This document shows, in pieces, positions 20,835-30,322 of a DNA stretch of 64,000 nucleotides (the first letter of the stretch is position 1; each line of letters begins with the position of its first letter). Source of the stretch: a virus; the IMG/VR virus record IMGVR_UViG_3300047994_000087, positions 1-64,000 of that record. One strand, 5' to 3'. The translations under genes and the position numbers were made by a program. Below the pieces are notes generated by a model, which saw only the letters and a program-made list of their open reading frames with translations, made no database searches and was not told the DNA's origin.

Positions 20835-22955
20835 TTACGGGGCTATCGACTGAATGATTGTGCAAGTTGGCAGGTCGTAGTACCAGGTTGTTGGAGGGTT
20901 CTGTCCGTCCAGGTCCCATGCGATGTTTTCTAGATCGATCCATGGCATGTTTTCGATAGACTCATATTTAAGAATTGCGAATCCCATGTTTGTAGTCTGG
21001 TTAGAGTACAGATATAGGTCGTGGGTAGCATCAAAACGATTCTGTGGATCTATTACAACGTAGTCATAGAAATAGGTAAATGTTAGGACTGATTCGTCTG
21101 AACCAGTTGGGTCATCGCCATTATAAAGAGCGATCAGGTTACCGTTTGCGTTGATTGCTCTAGATAGACCCCCAGTTACTTGATCTGTAGTTAGATAGTC
21201 CGCGACATGAGCCACGTTCAAGGTGATCTCATAAGGACTTCCCGATATGTTGGAAGCTGAGAAGAAAATGTGCAAGGTGTTTCCAAATGTTTGAGTTCCT
21301 CCAAGAGTAATGTCCTGAGACTCTTGGGTGTTGAGGGTAATATTGAGAGACTCGGTCGCCCCCATGCTCAATGATTCTGTGTATGTTGTGGTGTTAGCCG
21401 ATGTGGAAACCAAGGTTAGTGTTGAACCGATGATAGGCGGCACTGCTGTTACCCCTATTCCAGATAGGTTGCTGTCCCCGTTTATGGCAGCCGCAAGACC
21501 AGCAGCAACAGAGGTTAGCTTATCTCCATTAAGAATGGTGTACGTGACCGACTCTGTTCCTCCTACAAGCCCAGAGTCGTTGACCGTGAGTGTTATCACA
21601 TCACCGGGAGTGATAATTCCCCCGACTTCAGCTGTTGAATATCTAGTGATCAATGATCCTACGGACGATGTGAGCGTAGCTCCCCCGTTCACAGTAGTAG
21701 TGATCGTGGTCGGATATGTGGAGTACATGATTGTAATCACAGGCCCATTTGCAAAGGCCGTAATATTAGCCGCTTGCATGGTGGAGTCACTATTGATGAA
21801 TTGCGCGTAGGTATCTGCCATGTAATTGAATGCAGATTCAACCGTGTAGGTTACAACTTCTTGGCCGCCAGGTAAAGACGGCTCATACACTGTCACTGTT
21901 ATCACATCGCCAGGAGTGGCAGTTCCCCCCACTGTAACAGTAGGCTGTTGACTAACAGGCACAGTGGCTGCGACTGTAATTGTTGCTCCTATACTGGCAG
22001 AAGCCCACACTGTAGTAGGAATGACGTTGTTTATGTTATCTGTAACTCTCGTGAAAACAGCGTTCTCACTTTCCGAAATGCGCGGGTGCATTAAGCTGTC
22101 GCTGACAATTGTGCGCCCACTAAAAGCAAATGCATGATCCCTGGACTCTCTGATGTAGAGAGCGTCGGTCCATCCTAAACCACCCATCTGGTCAAACAGA
22201 GTGTGCACAGAATCGAAATAAACGCCATTGTCGAATCCAGGGAACTGGGTGTCTATGATGCCCGTGTCAATATTATGGACCCACGTTCCAGCTTGAGTCG
22301 ACTCAACTCCCTCATTGAAGTAGTTGCTGTCTACCTCCAAGAATTCCTGGTAGCCAGAAGGGTGAACGTTATTAAGCAACGCCAAAAGGTCGTTGAAGTT
22401 GACTATGTTTTGGGCCTGAAGTACTTTCACTACGTAGGTAAAGTGGGCATAGAAAACACCATCTCTGATGTAGCCTAACTTGGACTCGTCGAAACTCAGT
22501 ATGCCGTTGTCGCTCGCTGCGCCATCCATCAGAGTATCTAGGCTATCGAACATCAAGATCTTCTTTGCTGGTATGTCAATTTCAATTGGAGAGCCAACAA
22601 GCTGTCCAATGAATCTGTATAAACCTTCAGTACCTTTGTGCCCAGCCCACGACTTGGCTTCCCTGATGAATTCCACCAGAGGTATGTCTGTGACAACAGG
22701 AAGCCCCTCCCCCACTTCGGCTTGTAAAAGGTCTAGGTAGGGGGTGGTGTCTATGTCTTTAGTGTCCGGTAAATGACGGACATAGTAACGCTGTAGAGCA
22801 AGCAGAAATGCCAATACATATACATACGGGTCATTGTCATCCACGTACTGGCTCAATCCGACTGCATTAACTATTAGTGTAGTGAGAAGTGCAACATCGT
22901 TAGTAAACTCTTCTGATGTTGTGATTGTTTCAATATCTAACGCAAGTGTTGGCAC
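20835..22955 (-). CDS. Baseplate wedge protein (gp7 / P2 gpI-like N-terminus) with three C-terminal AINAD domains
   Basis: HKGTEGLY...VHPSG motifs; immediately follows the gp6/J-like gene. Confidence 0.7.
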   Translation of the reverse strand: MPTLALDIETITTSEEFTNDVALLTTLIVNAVGLSQYVDDNDPYVYVLAFLLALQRYYVRHLPDTKDIDTTPYLDLLQAEVGEGLPVVTDIPLVEFIREAKSWAGHKGTEGLYRFIGQLVGSPIEIDIPAKKILMFDSLDTLMDGAASDNGILSFDESKLGYIRDGVFYAHFTYVVKVLQAQNIVNFNDLLALLNNVHPSGYQEFLEVDSNYFNEGVESTQAGTWVHNIDTGIIDTQFPGFDNGVYFDSVHTLFDQMGGLGWTDALYIRESRDHAFAFSGRTIVSDSLMHPRISESENAVFTRVTDNINNVIPTTVWASASIGATITVAATVPVSQQPTVTVGGTATPGDVITVTVYEPSLPGGQEVVTYTVESAFNYMADTYAQFINSDSTMQAANITAFANGPVITIMYSTYPTTITTTVNGGATLTSSVGSLITRYSTAEVGGIITPGDVITLTVNDSGLVGGTESVTYTILNGDKLTSVAAGLAAAINGDSNLSGIGVTAVPPIIGSTLTLVSTSANTTTYTESLSMGATESLNITLNTQESQDITLGGTQTFGNTLHIFFSASNISGSPYEITLNVAHVADYLTTDQVTGGLSRAINANGNLIALYNGDDPTGSDESVLTFTYFYDYVVIDPQNRFDATHDLYLYSNQTTNMGFAILKYESIENMPWIDLENIAWDLDGQNPPTTWYYDLPTCTIIQSIAP
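21070..21950 (-). repeat. Three tandem copies of the shared AINAD domain (third more diverged; boundaries approximate)
   Basis: TVGGTATPGDVITVTV..FINSD; EVGGIITPGDVITLTV..AAAINGD; TLGGTQTFGNTL..SRAINAN. Confidence 0.8.
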
Positions 22956-24560
22956 TTAGGACACCACCGTTTGTGCAGTCATAGTCATGTTGGTCAACAC
23001 AACAATCATCTTACCATTGACCAAAACGTCAGGACCTGTGCTCTTGTAGTAGAGAGTGCATTTCTGATCTGACAGCCCTTCAACGGCAAATAGAAAGTTA
23101 CCGTTCGAGACCATAGAAGTTGCATCGCCAGAAAACAGCACGTTGTTGCTACTATCCTTAAGAACAGCATTAGTTAGGTCTGGATTAAGTATGACTGGTA
23201 TGGAAATGGCTCCCGCTGTGGAAAAGGCGAATGTGTCCACTGTTGTGTTTATGTTGCTGTATTCAATCCCATCTATTGCTTCAATGGCAGCAGACTCCTT
23301 CGACTCTCTAAGATTCTGGGCGATAGCCAACTGACTGAAGAAAGAACTGACCACCCCTGTTGCTGAATTGATCCCTAGGGAAGGGTCTCCAAACACTGCA
23401 TCGCTAACGCCTATATCAATTGTTTGCTGAGCTTCAACCACAATCGGGCCACTGACTACATACGTCATGCCGCTCATACCTTTCTGGTCGAGCACGTTTC
23501 CTACTTCAGTCTGTAGGTCACCTGTCAGTTCATAAGGGCTCTGGCCATATACCGTAACAAAGGTGTATCCATACTGGCCAAGCTTTTGTCCGCCAATAGC
23601 AGAGGCACTTTTAATGCCAGGGATGGCTCTTACTATTGCTGCCACGTCTTGCTCAGAAACTGCTCGATCCTGTGTGCCGTAGTATGCAGGAGCATTTTCT
23701 CTTATGGACTCCGTGGACTCTACGTCTGCTCCTCCTAGGGCGGAGGTCAAAGTGGTTCCTGTAAATGCGCCAGTGACAGTAGAGCCGCCTGAATCTCTGA
23801 TAACTGATTGAGGTCTAACGTTCTGACCACTGACAAATATATTGCCAGAGGCGCCCCCAGTAAGAATGGCCGTGACAAGGATTGTGTCCCCTGCTTGAGG
23901 GGTGTTGAGGCCGTTTAGAGGAACTCCAAACTCAACCGTCTGACCACCGACATCTTCATATACCTTGTATGAGTTAGCTTGAGGAACTTCAATGAACGTG
24001 TCTACAGCTGTCCATACTGTGTTATTCACGGATACTTGTATGTTGGCAGCGTTAACTGGCATTACAAGCTTTGCCCATGGAACGCCGGAAGCAGTAGTTG
24101 AGCTATTGTAGGGAGAGCCTTGGGTTAAAAGTACTTGTGTCGACGTAGTGTTGGGAGCTATGACAATAGGGTCTAAGTTCTGGAAGGTCAAAGAGTTAAT
24201 GACCCAACTACTGTTGACTGGAATGGTGAATCCGGTGTCGAAGGAAGGGAAAGAGAGCAACACAGAGACAGTAGCAGGACTTGCTTGTCCAGGAACATAG
24301 CCTAGTTCTTTCGCACGACGTATGACAGACTCGCGCATCATGGCCAAAGACAACATGGTTTCTGCTACCTGTTGGTCACAGAAGAAAGCGTTCATATCGT
24401 ACAAAGCAACGGCAGCTTTTAAAAATGCGTACCCAAGATCATTCTCAGTAAAGTCTGTCCACGCGCCGTTTGTGAAAGCTACAAGGGCGTTTTTGAGAGT
24501 GTTTAGGATCTGGTCCGGGTCTCTCTGTGTGTAATCTAGTACTGGAAGCAATACAGCCAT
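22956..24560 (-). CDS. Baseplate wedge gp6 / J-like protein
   Basis: DYTQRD..WTDF..D.G, AKELGY, GGADVESTESIRENAP, QDRAVSEQD. Confidence 0.9.
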   Translation of the reverse strand: MAVLLPVLDYTQRDPDQILNTLKNALVAFTNGAWTDFTENDLGYAFLKAAVALYDMNAFFCDQQVAETMLSLAMMRESVIRRAKELGYVPGQASPATVSVLLSFPSFDTGFTIPVNSSWVINSLTFQNLDPIVIAPNTTSTQVLLTQGSPYNSSTTASGVPWAKLVMPVNAANIQVSVNNTVWTAVDTFIEVPQANSYKVYEDVGGQTVEFGVPLNGLNTPQAGDTILVTAILTGGASGNIFVSGQNVRPQSVIRDSGGSTVTGAFTGTTLTSALGGADVESTESIRENAPAYYGTQDRAVSEQDVAAIVRAIPGIKSASAIGGQKLGQYGYTFVTVYGQSPYELTGDLQTEVGNVLDQKGMSGMTYVVSGPIVVEAQQTIDIGVSDAVFGDPSLGINSATGVVSSFFSQLAIAQNLRESKESAAIEAIDGIEYSNINTTVDTFAFSTAGAISIPVILNPDLTNAVLKDSSNNVLFSGDATSMVSNGNFLFAVEGLSDQKCTLYYKSTGPDVLVNGKMIVVLTNMTMTAQTVVS

Positions 24561-24575
24561 GTGCGGGATTCCTGG

Positions 24576-25088
24576 TTAGCTTTGTGGGAACAGAGGTTGG
24601 CCACCAATAGTGAGTGTGCCGGGAGGGACCTTTATCTGGTCATTCATGGCCAAGGCGATCTTTATTTGCTGAGGCGCATTCGTTCCATTTATCGTGTACT
24701 GAATTACGAGCATGAGGTAGTTATTGTTGATGTTGGTGGCGTCAATGTTCACCTGACTGACAGTTATCTGAGGAACCCAAGCTGTCAGGGCAGTCTTAGT
24801 TGCGACAATAAGCTCAGTGTTTAGGATGTCTCGGTATGGCTGGAAGATCAAATAAGGCAAGGTTGACCCATAATCCGGCTGCCACAGTCTTCTCCCTACG
24901 GGAGTTGATAGGCAGATGTAGATGTCTTGGGCAACTTTAGCCGGTCCAGATCTAAGTACCCAAGTGTTTGAAATTATTTGAAGAGGAATGGCAAGGCCGG
25001 AACCCAGTTGCGCCGCAAGCTGGTTAGGAACTCCAGTAGTTGCGCGGGGGGTGAGAGGGGTTTGTCTTTGGAAATATTGAAAGCTCAT
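24576..25088 (-). CDS. Baseplate gp25 / GpW-like sheath initiator
   Basis: LSTPVGRRLWQPDYGS...WVPQI motif. Confidence 0.88.
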   Translation of the reverse strand: MSFQYFQRQTPLTPRATTGVPNQLAAQLGSGLAIPLQIISNTWVLRSGPAKVAQDIYICLSTPVGRRLWQPDYGSTLPYLIFQPYRDILNTELIVATKTALTAWVPQITVSQVNIDATNINNNYLMLVIQYTINGTNAPQQIKIALAMNDQIKVPPGTLTIGGQPLFPQS

Positions 25089-25090
25089 AC

Positions 25091-25417
25091 TTATGTGCCC
25101 CCATATACAAAGCCAATCAAGTTATTGATTGTTATAGGGTCAGTAGGGATGGCTAAGTCCATGTCTGTAACTACCTCTGTGAGAGGGTCGTCGATGTTGT
25201 TAGCCAGGGCGATGACTCGCCAGTAAGAGCAGTCAGAAAACCAAATCCAGGCAATGAGATCTAAGCGTCCAGCTTCAGAGTTTTTGACTTTGTGCCACTG
25301 TACGTTCGACCCATCTGCTGCAACTGGGTACTGAAATTCGATATAAGGCAACCCTGATTGATACTGAGTTCCATCAGGTGCTGTGAGTGTGAGACCAAGC
25401 GAAGTGTAAACGCGCAT
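25091..25417 (-). CDS. gp53 / GpX LysM-like baseplate protein
   Basis: RLDLIA...YWRVIALANNIDDP...LAIP. Confidence 0.85.
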   Translation of the reverse strand: MRVYTSLGLTLTAPDGTQYQSGLPYIEFQYPVAADGSNVQWHKVKNSEAGRLDLIAWIWFSDCSYWRVIALANNIDDPLTEVVTDMDLAIPTDPITINNLIGFVYGGT

Positions 25418-26010
25418 TAGGCAAAGCTCCCATTGGAACTCTCGCCACCGGAGATCACAGTGGGACCGCCCGTGCCACCAGACGAACTTTCGAAGCTTAA
25501 ATTTTCGTATGTCGTCATGGCATCGCCAGCAAAATCTGACAAGTCTTGCGCCATTAACTCTATGCCTACGAATGAAAGACTAGCTGTTCCTGTGAATGAA
25601 TCACCTTGTTTGTCATACGTTCCTTCTTGTCCAGAGCCACAGCTGACGTTAGTGAGTAGACACGCATAGTGAGAGAAGACAATTCCAGACCCCCATGTGA
25701 CGTAGCAGATAGGAGGAGGCATAGTGCCACTTTGCTGAGGAAACGTTATAGCAGTCAGCGCTTTCTGAAGCTTCGCAATCTTCTGAGCGTTCCAGGAACC
25801 TGAATCGTGTGCGAACAGATCTAGATTTACTGTTATGTCTATAGCCGAAGAACTTCTGAATGTATAAATGGGAGAAGAACGATTGATGATTTCTTGTGCT
25901 GCGAAGTTCGCTGACTTCCTCCAGGTAATCCCGTTCTTAATTGCTGAGGTGCGTAAGCTAAACCCAGCTGTTGTGGTCATTTCAAATAGGACCTTGTCCT
26001 GATTAACCAC
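25417..26010 (-). CDS. Tail tube initiator / contractile-system tube-like protein
   Basis: PPPICYVTWG..LTNV motif; lies between PAAR and the LysM wedge gene. Confidence 0.6.
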   Translation of the reverse strand: MVNQDKVLFEMTTTAGFSLRTSAIKNGITWRKSANFAAQEIINRSSPIYTFRSSSAIDITVNLDLFAHDSGSWNAQKIAKLQKALTAITFPQQSGTMPPPICYVTWGSGIVFSHYACLLTNVSCGSGQEGTYDKQGDSFTGTASLSFVGIELMAQDLSDFAGDAMTTYENLSFESSSGGTGGPTVISGGESSNGSFA

Positions 26011-26093
26011 AATAGATCACCACATTAAGAGACACCTACCACAAGGATAAGAGCGGGTGGGGATCTGGGTTATTTTTGAGGAGGTTTATTTGA

Positions 26094-26390
26094 CTAAGGC
26101 AGACAGAACGTGTCTTCGTCGCCCAACAAAACTGTGCAGCCACAGCTTGTTGCGTCTCCTATGTGGACAAGCGGAATGCCGTTGATAAATGTGTCAGGAG
26201 ACCCTTGTATAATTACGCCCGCATCATGTGGAGATGGTCCATGAGGAGCAATCAGATCTCCAACTACTGACACTGTCAATCCATCACCATATTGACCTAA
26301 TCCACCTGGACCTAAGATCACGCCAGTTCCGGTGGCGCCAGGTCCTCCACCGCATTGACTTTCTCCAACTATAGCTATAGGAAGAGCCAT
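26094..26390 (-). CDS. PAAR spike-tip protein
   Basis: VVGDLIAPH..PH...GSPDTFINGIPLVHIGDATSCG. Confidence 0.9.
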   Translation of the reverse strand: MALPIAIVGESQCGGGPGATGTGVILGPGGLGQYGDGLTVSVVGDLIAPHGPSPHDAGVIIQGSPDTFINGIPLVHIGDATSCGCTVLLGDEDTFCLP

Positions 26391-27655
26391 TATGGAAGTG
26401 CTACTAGAGCGGTATTCACAGCATCTACGTCAACTTTAATGGAAGTAGCAAGAGCTGCTATGGTCGAATTGGCAGTGGATAAAGTGCTCACCGCATTGGT
26501 GAAATCCGAGTTACTAAGAATGGTTCCGATATCTGTCATAACTGCCTTTAGCTGCGACACAGTTGCAGTGGAGCCAGGTTGACTTAATTGAGCACCAAGG
26601 TCTGCAAGGACCAGGGCTGTGTTCAGAACTCCCATTATGGTGTTTACCGCATCATCATTGTTGGACACAGTCTGAGAAAAGTTAGGCCCGTTAACGTTAG
26701 TAGGAGTTCCGGGCGTATAGGTCTCAGAGCCCCCAGAAGAGGAGCCGGAATAGGTGGTTACTATTCCTGATGTGCTTACTATTTGCACGACTCCAGAAGA
26801 TGGGTTAGTAGCAACCAAAAAACCATTAACTACAGGATCTGAATTTATTGAGTTGAACAGTCCGGTTGCGAACTTGGCTGCGGTTGTGTCCCCAGGAACA
26901 GATAGATAAGTAACGTTGTGTGTTCCACCAGAAAGACTAGCATCAGTAACCGTTAGAGTAACTGTTTGTCCAGATGCAAATCCGCTCCCGGCAACAGTTA
27001 TCTTGGTAGTGCTAGAAGCCAAAAACGCTTTGGTCAAAACGCTTGCGAGATTTTCCAGATTAGTGTGTACGTCTGCATAGGGCGAGATGCCCCCTGAAAA
27101 TAAAGCTGTTGTGGAAAGACTACTAAAGGTCTGGCTTGCTCCAACTAGTTGCTGTATAGCAGCTGTTTGAGTTTGTTGACCACTTTGTAAATCTCCAACT
27201 GATCCACCCCCACTGCTTCCACCGCTCACCATTCCAGATAGACTACTTGCAAGAGAAGAAAACTGTCCTAGACTGCTAGTCAGACTAGTGATGGAGCCAA
27301 GCGAACTTGTGATAGAAGAAATGGACGACAGTGAAGACGTGATTGAACTGAGTCCAGATGTTAAGCTAGAAAGACCGCCGAAGGCTGATGTAACAGAACT
27401 CATCATGTCATTTAGACCTAACATTGAGGCAATACCACTTGGACCACCTGCCAAAAGGTTTTTCACCATACCAATGTGCTGCATGGTCGAACTAAGTAGT
27501 TTGAGACTTGCCGCAGCACTATGAGTTACTGAAGGAGCACTGACTGTGTGTTCTACGCCAGCTGTATTGCCTATGACCGTGCCAGCAGTGCTCTGAATGT
27601 CCTCTGCTGCATCGAAGACGCAACCTCCGGTGACTGATCTTACGTTTACTGTCAT
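26390..27655 (-). CDS. Spike-associated protein (gp5 C-terminal-like beta repeats, Ser-rich repeats, AINAD domain)
   Basis: N-terminal beta-strand repeats; LSS[IL]TSS repeats; directly precedes PAAR. Confidence 0.55.
   Translation of the reverse strand: MTVNVRSVTGGCVFDAAEDIQSTAGTVIGNTAGVEHTVSAPSVTHSAAASLKLLSSTMQHIGMVKNLLAGGPSGIASMLGLNDMMSSVTSAFGGLSSLTSGLSSITSSLSSISSITSSLGSITSLTSSLGQFSSLASSLSGMVSGGSSGGGSVGDLQSGQQTQTAAIQQLVGASQTFSSLSTTALFSGGISPYADVHTNLENLASVLTKAFLASSTTKITVAGSGFASGQTVTLTVTDASLSGGTHNVTYLSVPGDTTAAKFATGLFNSINSDPVVNGFLVATNPSSGVVQIVSTSGIVTTYSGSSSGGSETYTPGTPTNVNGPNFSQTVSNNDDAVNTIMGVLNTALVLADLGAQLSQPGSTATVSQLKAVMTDIGTILSNSDFTNAVSTLSTANSTIAALATSIKVDVDAVNTALVALP
26702..27013 (-). repeat. 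Copy of the shared AINAD domain (in the spike-associated protein)
   Basis: STTKITVAGSGFASGQTVTL...FNSINSDPVVNGFLVA...VSTSG..TTY...GSETYTPGTP. Confidence 0.85.
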
Positions 27656-29424
27656 GGCGTATATCCATCTTGAATGTGTACGTTCATACCGGCCTCTACT
27701 GATACTTCCGCTAAGGTGGCAATTACGTTCACATTATCATTACCGGTGATATCCACATCAGAAGTTGTAGATATTACAGACACCTTGCCGGTCGTGCACT
27801 GAACGGTCATGTCTGTTCCATCATAAAGAACTGACGCGCCTTGCTGGCTCACGTCAAAATTCATGCCACCTGTGTAGCCCTTAGTGTTTGTAATATCTCC
27901 CCCCATTGTGTTAATTACAGAAGGACCGTCGCCTGTGATTGTGCCACCCATGTTTACAATATTGCAGTTAGTGTGGTCCTGGATTGTAGAACCCGTAGTA
28001 ATCAGGATACATGTGTCCGCTGAGGTAAATGTAGAGCCGTTATCAGTGATTGTGCAGTTCTTAGCAGTTATCTTAGATGCCTTATTGGTGTTAGCGGACT
28101 GCACGTCTTCCATGTCTATTTGAGTTATTGTGGACGTGCCATCTGACAAAAACAGTCCTATAGTCTTTGCAGTGCCTTGGTTGATCTGACACCCATCTAG
28201 TTGTACAGTGCCGCATTCTTCGATGTCTAGAGTTGACGGCTTTGCTCCGACCAGTCTCACGTATGAATAACTTTTGATAGTCAGAGATTGGCAGGATGTA
28301 AGGTCGTCAATCAACAAAGTCCCAGTTCCGTCTCCTTCAAGGCTTATAGTCTGTGCTTGTTTACACGACCTAAGAGTAGAAGGGCCAACTAGCTCTGTGC
28401 CGGTTAGAGTTTGGATCTGGTCCCCGGACGAAACGAAGTTACCCCCGGTAATTGTTAACTGTTGGTATGTCGCACCATCGCTATCTAGTGCTCCATCTTT
28501 TGACGTAACGTTACCTGTAAACTTTGCTTTACCAGAGATGCGCATAGCCATCTTTGTAGCAGTCAGTCCTTGAAAGCTGCCATCTACCAGAACCATGCTT
28601 CCAGCATCATCAGCCATAGCAGTGATGTCCCCAGTGCAGGTCAGATTTTTGCCAGTGAAGGACGCATTGTTCAAAGTGATAGAGCCGTTGAAAGTCCCTC
28701 CTGTAATTACAAATGTTCCGTCTTCTAGGTCCGCAGTAGAGGAGAAGGTAGGGTCTTTGAGGACACACGTACCATCCTTAGTTATCGACACTGCCCCTTG
28801 GAACTTAGCAGTTGACATAAGCATGTGTGAGCTAGTAGCGGTTAGCTTCTGGAACTGAGGTTGATCAAGATTGAGCGCTGAACCATCAAGAGTGATGTCG
28901 CCTTGGGCCTTCAGCGTTGGACCGTTGATAGTTGCTCCGTTCTTCATGTCGACGGTTGATGACATAGTGCCTGTGTCTATGTAGTATGTGCCGCCATCAA
29001 GAGAAAGAGCGCCTTGGTACTGATCATTAAAACTATGTAGATTGCTATTTTTAAAAGTTGCAGTTTGAAGCATGCAGTTGAAGAGGTTCGCAGACGAGTC
29101 TTCCAAATTGAGTTGCTGGATCTGACTTGAGTCAGTGTCGAGCTTGGCCGAACTAGCCTTGAGATTTTGAATTTGCTTACTCTTCTCGAAGCGCAGTACT
29201 CCGCTCTTAAAATCAGTGACAGTGACCTGCTGCGCATTGATAAAGTCGGCTTGGTTAGTTCCTTCCGCAGAGTTTATAGTGACGTTTTGGCAGTTTAAGA
29301 ATACGTGACGCATGCCTTGCTTAAGGTCTACAGAGCCTTGCATGTTGGACAAAGTAATGACGCCCATAGGAAGCATGGGATCATTCATCTGTTTGTCAAT
29401 TTCTTGTTGTAGGTCTCCTGCCAT
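27652..29424 (-). CDS. Beta-helix spike/needle-like protein
   Basis: Pervasive short beta-solenoid repeats (FQGAVSI, FNGSITL, FTGNVTS); C-terminal gp5-like repeats. Confidence 0.6.
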   Translation of the reverse strand: MAGDLQQEIDKQMNDPMLPMGVITLSNMQGSVDLKQGMRHVFLNCQNVTINSAEGTNQADFINAQQVTVTDFKSGVLRFEKSKQIQNLKASSAKLDTDSSQIQQLNLEDSSANLFNCMLQTATFKNSNLHSFNDQYQGALSLDGGTYYIDTGTMSSTVDMKNGATINGPTLKAQGDITLDGSALNLDQPQFQKLTATSSHMLMSTAKFQGAVSITKDGTCVLKDPTFSSTADLEDGTFVITGGTFNGSITLNNASFTGKNLTCTGDITAMADDAGSMVLVDGSFQGLTATKMAMRISGKAKFTGNVTSKDGALDSDGATYQQLTITGGNFVSSGDQIQTLTGTELVGPSTLRSCKQAQTISLEGDGTGTLLIDDLTSCQSLTIKSYSYVRLVGAKPSTLDIEECGTVQLDGCQINQGTAKTIGLFLSDGTSTITQIDMEDVQSANTNKASKITAKNCTITDNGSTFTSADTCILITTGSTIQDHTNCNIVNMGGTITGDGPSVINTMGGDITNTKGYTGGMNFDVSQQGASVLYDGTDMTVQCTTGKVSVISTTSDVDITGNDNVNVIATLAEVSVEAGMNVHIQDGYTP

Positions 29425-30321
29425 TTACCAAATCCTTGGGGGTTGATAGAACGACAGAGCTGATATTGCTTCTGCATTCAGGGCAAGCAGACCGTCGACC
29501 ATAGACATACTATTTGTTTCTTGACGTGTGCGGTGCATTTGTCCATTCATACTTTCTTGGCACACGTTAGGAGATCCCTGATCATCATTTTGAAGCATCT
29601 GGTCCAGGGAATATGTGTCCTTGTCCGTAGTCATTAATCGAGTAATGTTGTGGTGACTCAATTCTATTTCACCGGCCACTTTGTCGGCAGCAGTAACACC
29701 GTCGCGCACTCTCTTGGTAGACCCGCTCTGGTTGAGCATCTTGCCTATACCACCGTCGTACTTCTGAAAAGGAGCGTATCCTTGGCACCCAAGGTGGAAG
29801 CTACTTGCTTTGACGATCTTGTCACCAGTGTCGTTCAGTTGAATTACACTTGCTAAGTTTTGTCCTATAAGCTTGTCTTCAGTCCATATGCCATTACCAG
29901 CCCCCGACATAATGACTACATTCACTTCAGGATACAGATCATGATAACGCCATGCTTCAGGTGGTACTTCTGATCCAGTTTTGGACGACCACAGAGTTTT
30001 GTCACCACCCATGGGGCAGGCGTACCAGTTGCCCACCACTATTGGAGCGGACTTATCAGAAGCTTCGAAGGACACCAATACTCGGTCTCCTAACTCACTG
30101 GAAACAAAGCCGCGCATACCGTGGCCTCTCTCACACCAGGGCACTGCTTGTGCATCTATGTTAACCAAGTGTCCTTGGTTAGCGAATATATACACACGAA
30201 CTCTTCCTGTCATTGCAGGATCTCTCACATCTATTACAATGCCCTTCAATATGCCCGACATGGCAGAAGTTTGAAGTTGATTAGGATTACTTAGTATGTG
30301 GTCATAGACATCTTTACCCAC
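29425..30321 (-). CDS. gp5 / VgrG-like spike OB-fold protein
   Basis: GIVIDVRDPAMTGRVRV..PW..GDRVLVSFE..PIVVG; GTG 30321 with GGAGG RBS preferred over 30438. Confidence 0.85.
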   Translation of the reverse strand: MGKDVYDHILSNPNQLQTSAMSGILKGIVIDVRDPAMTGRVRVYIFANQGHLVNIDAQAVPWCERGHGMRGFVSSELGDRVLVSFEASDKSAPIVVGNWYACPMGGDKTLWSSKTGSEVPPEAWRYHDLYPEVNVVIMSGAGNGIWTEDKLIGQNLASVIQLNDTGDKIVKASSFHLGCQGYAPFQKYDGGIGKMLNQSGSTKRVRDGVTAADKVAGEIELSHHNITRLMTTDKDTYSLDQMLQNDDQGSPNVCQESMNGQMHRTRQETNSMSMVDGLLALNAEAISALSFYQPPRIW

Positions 30322-30322
30322 A

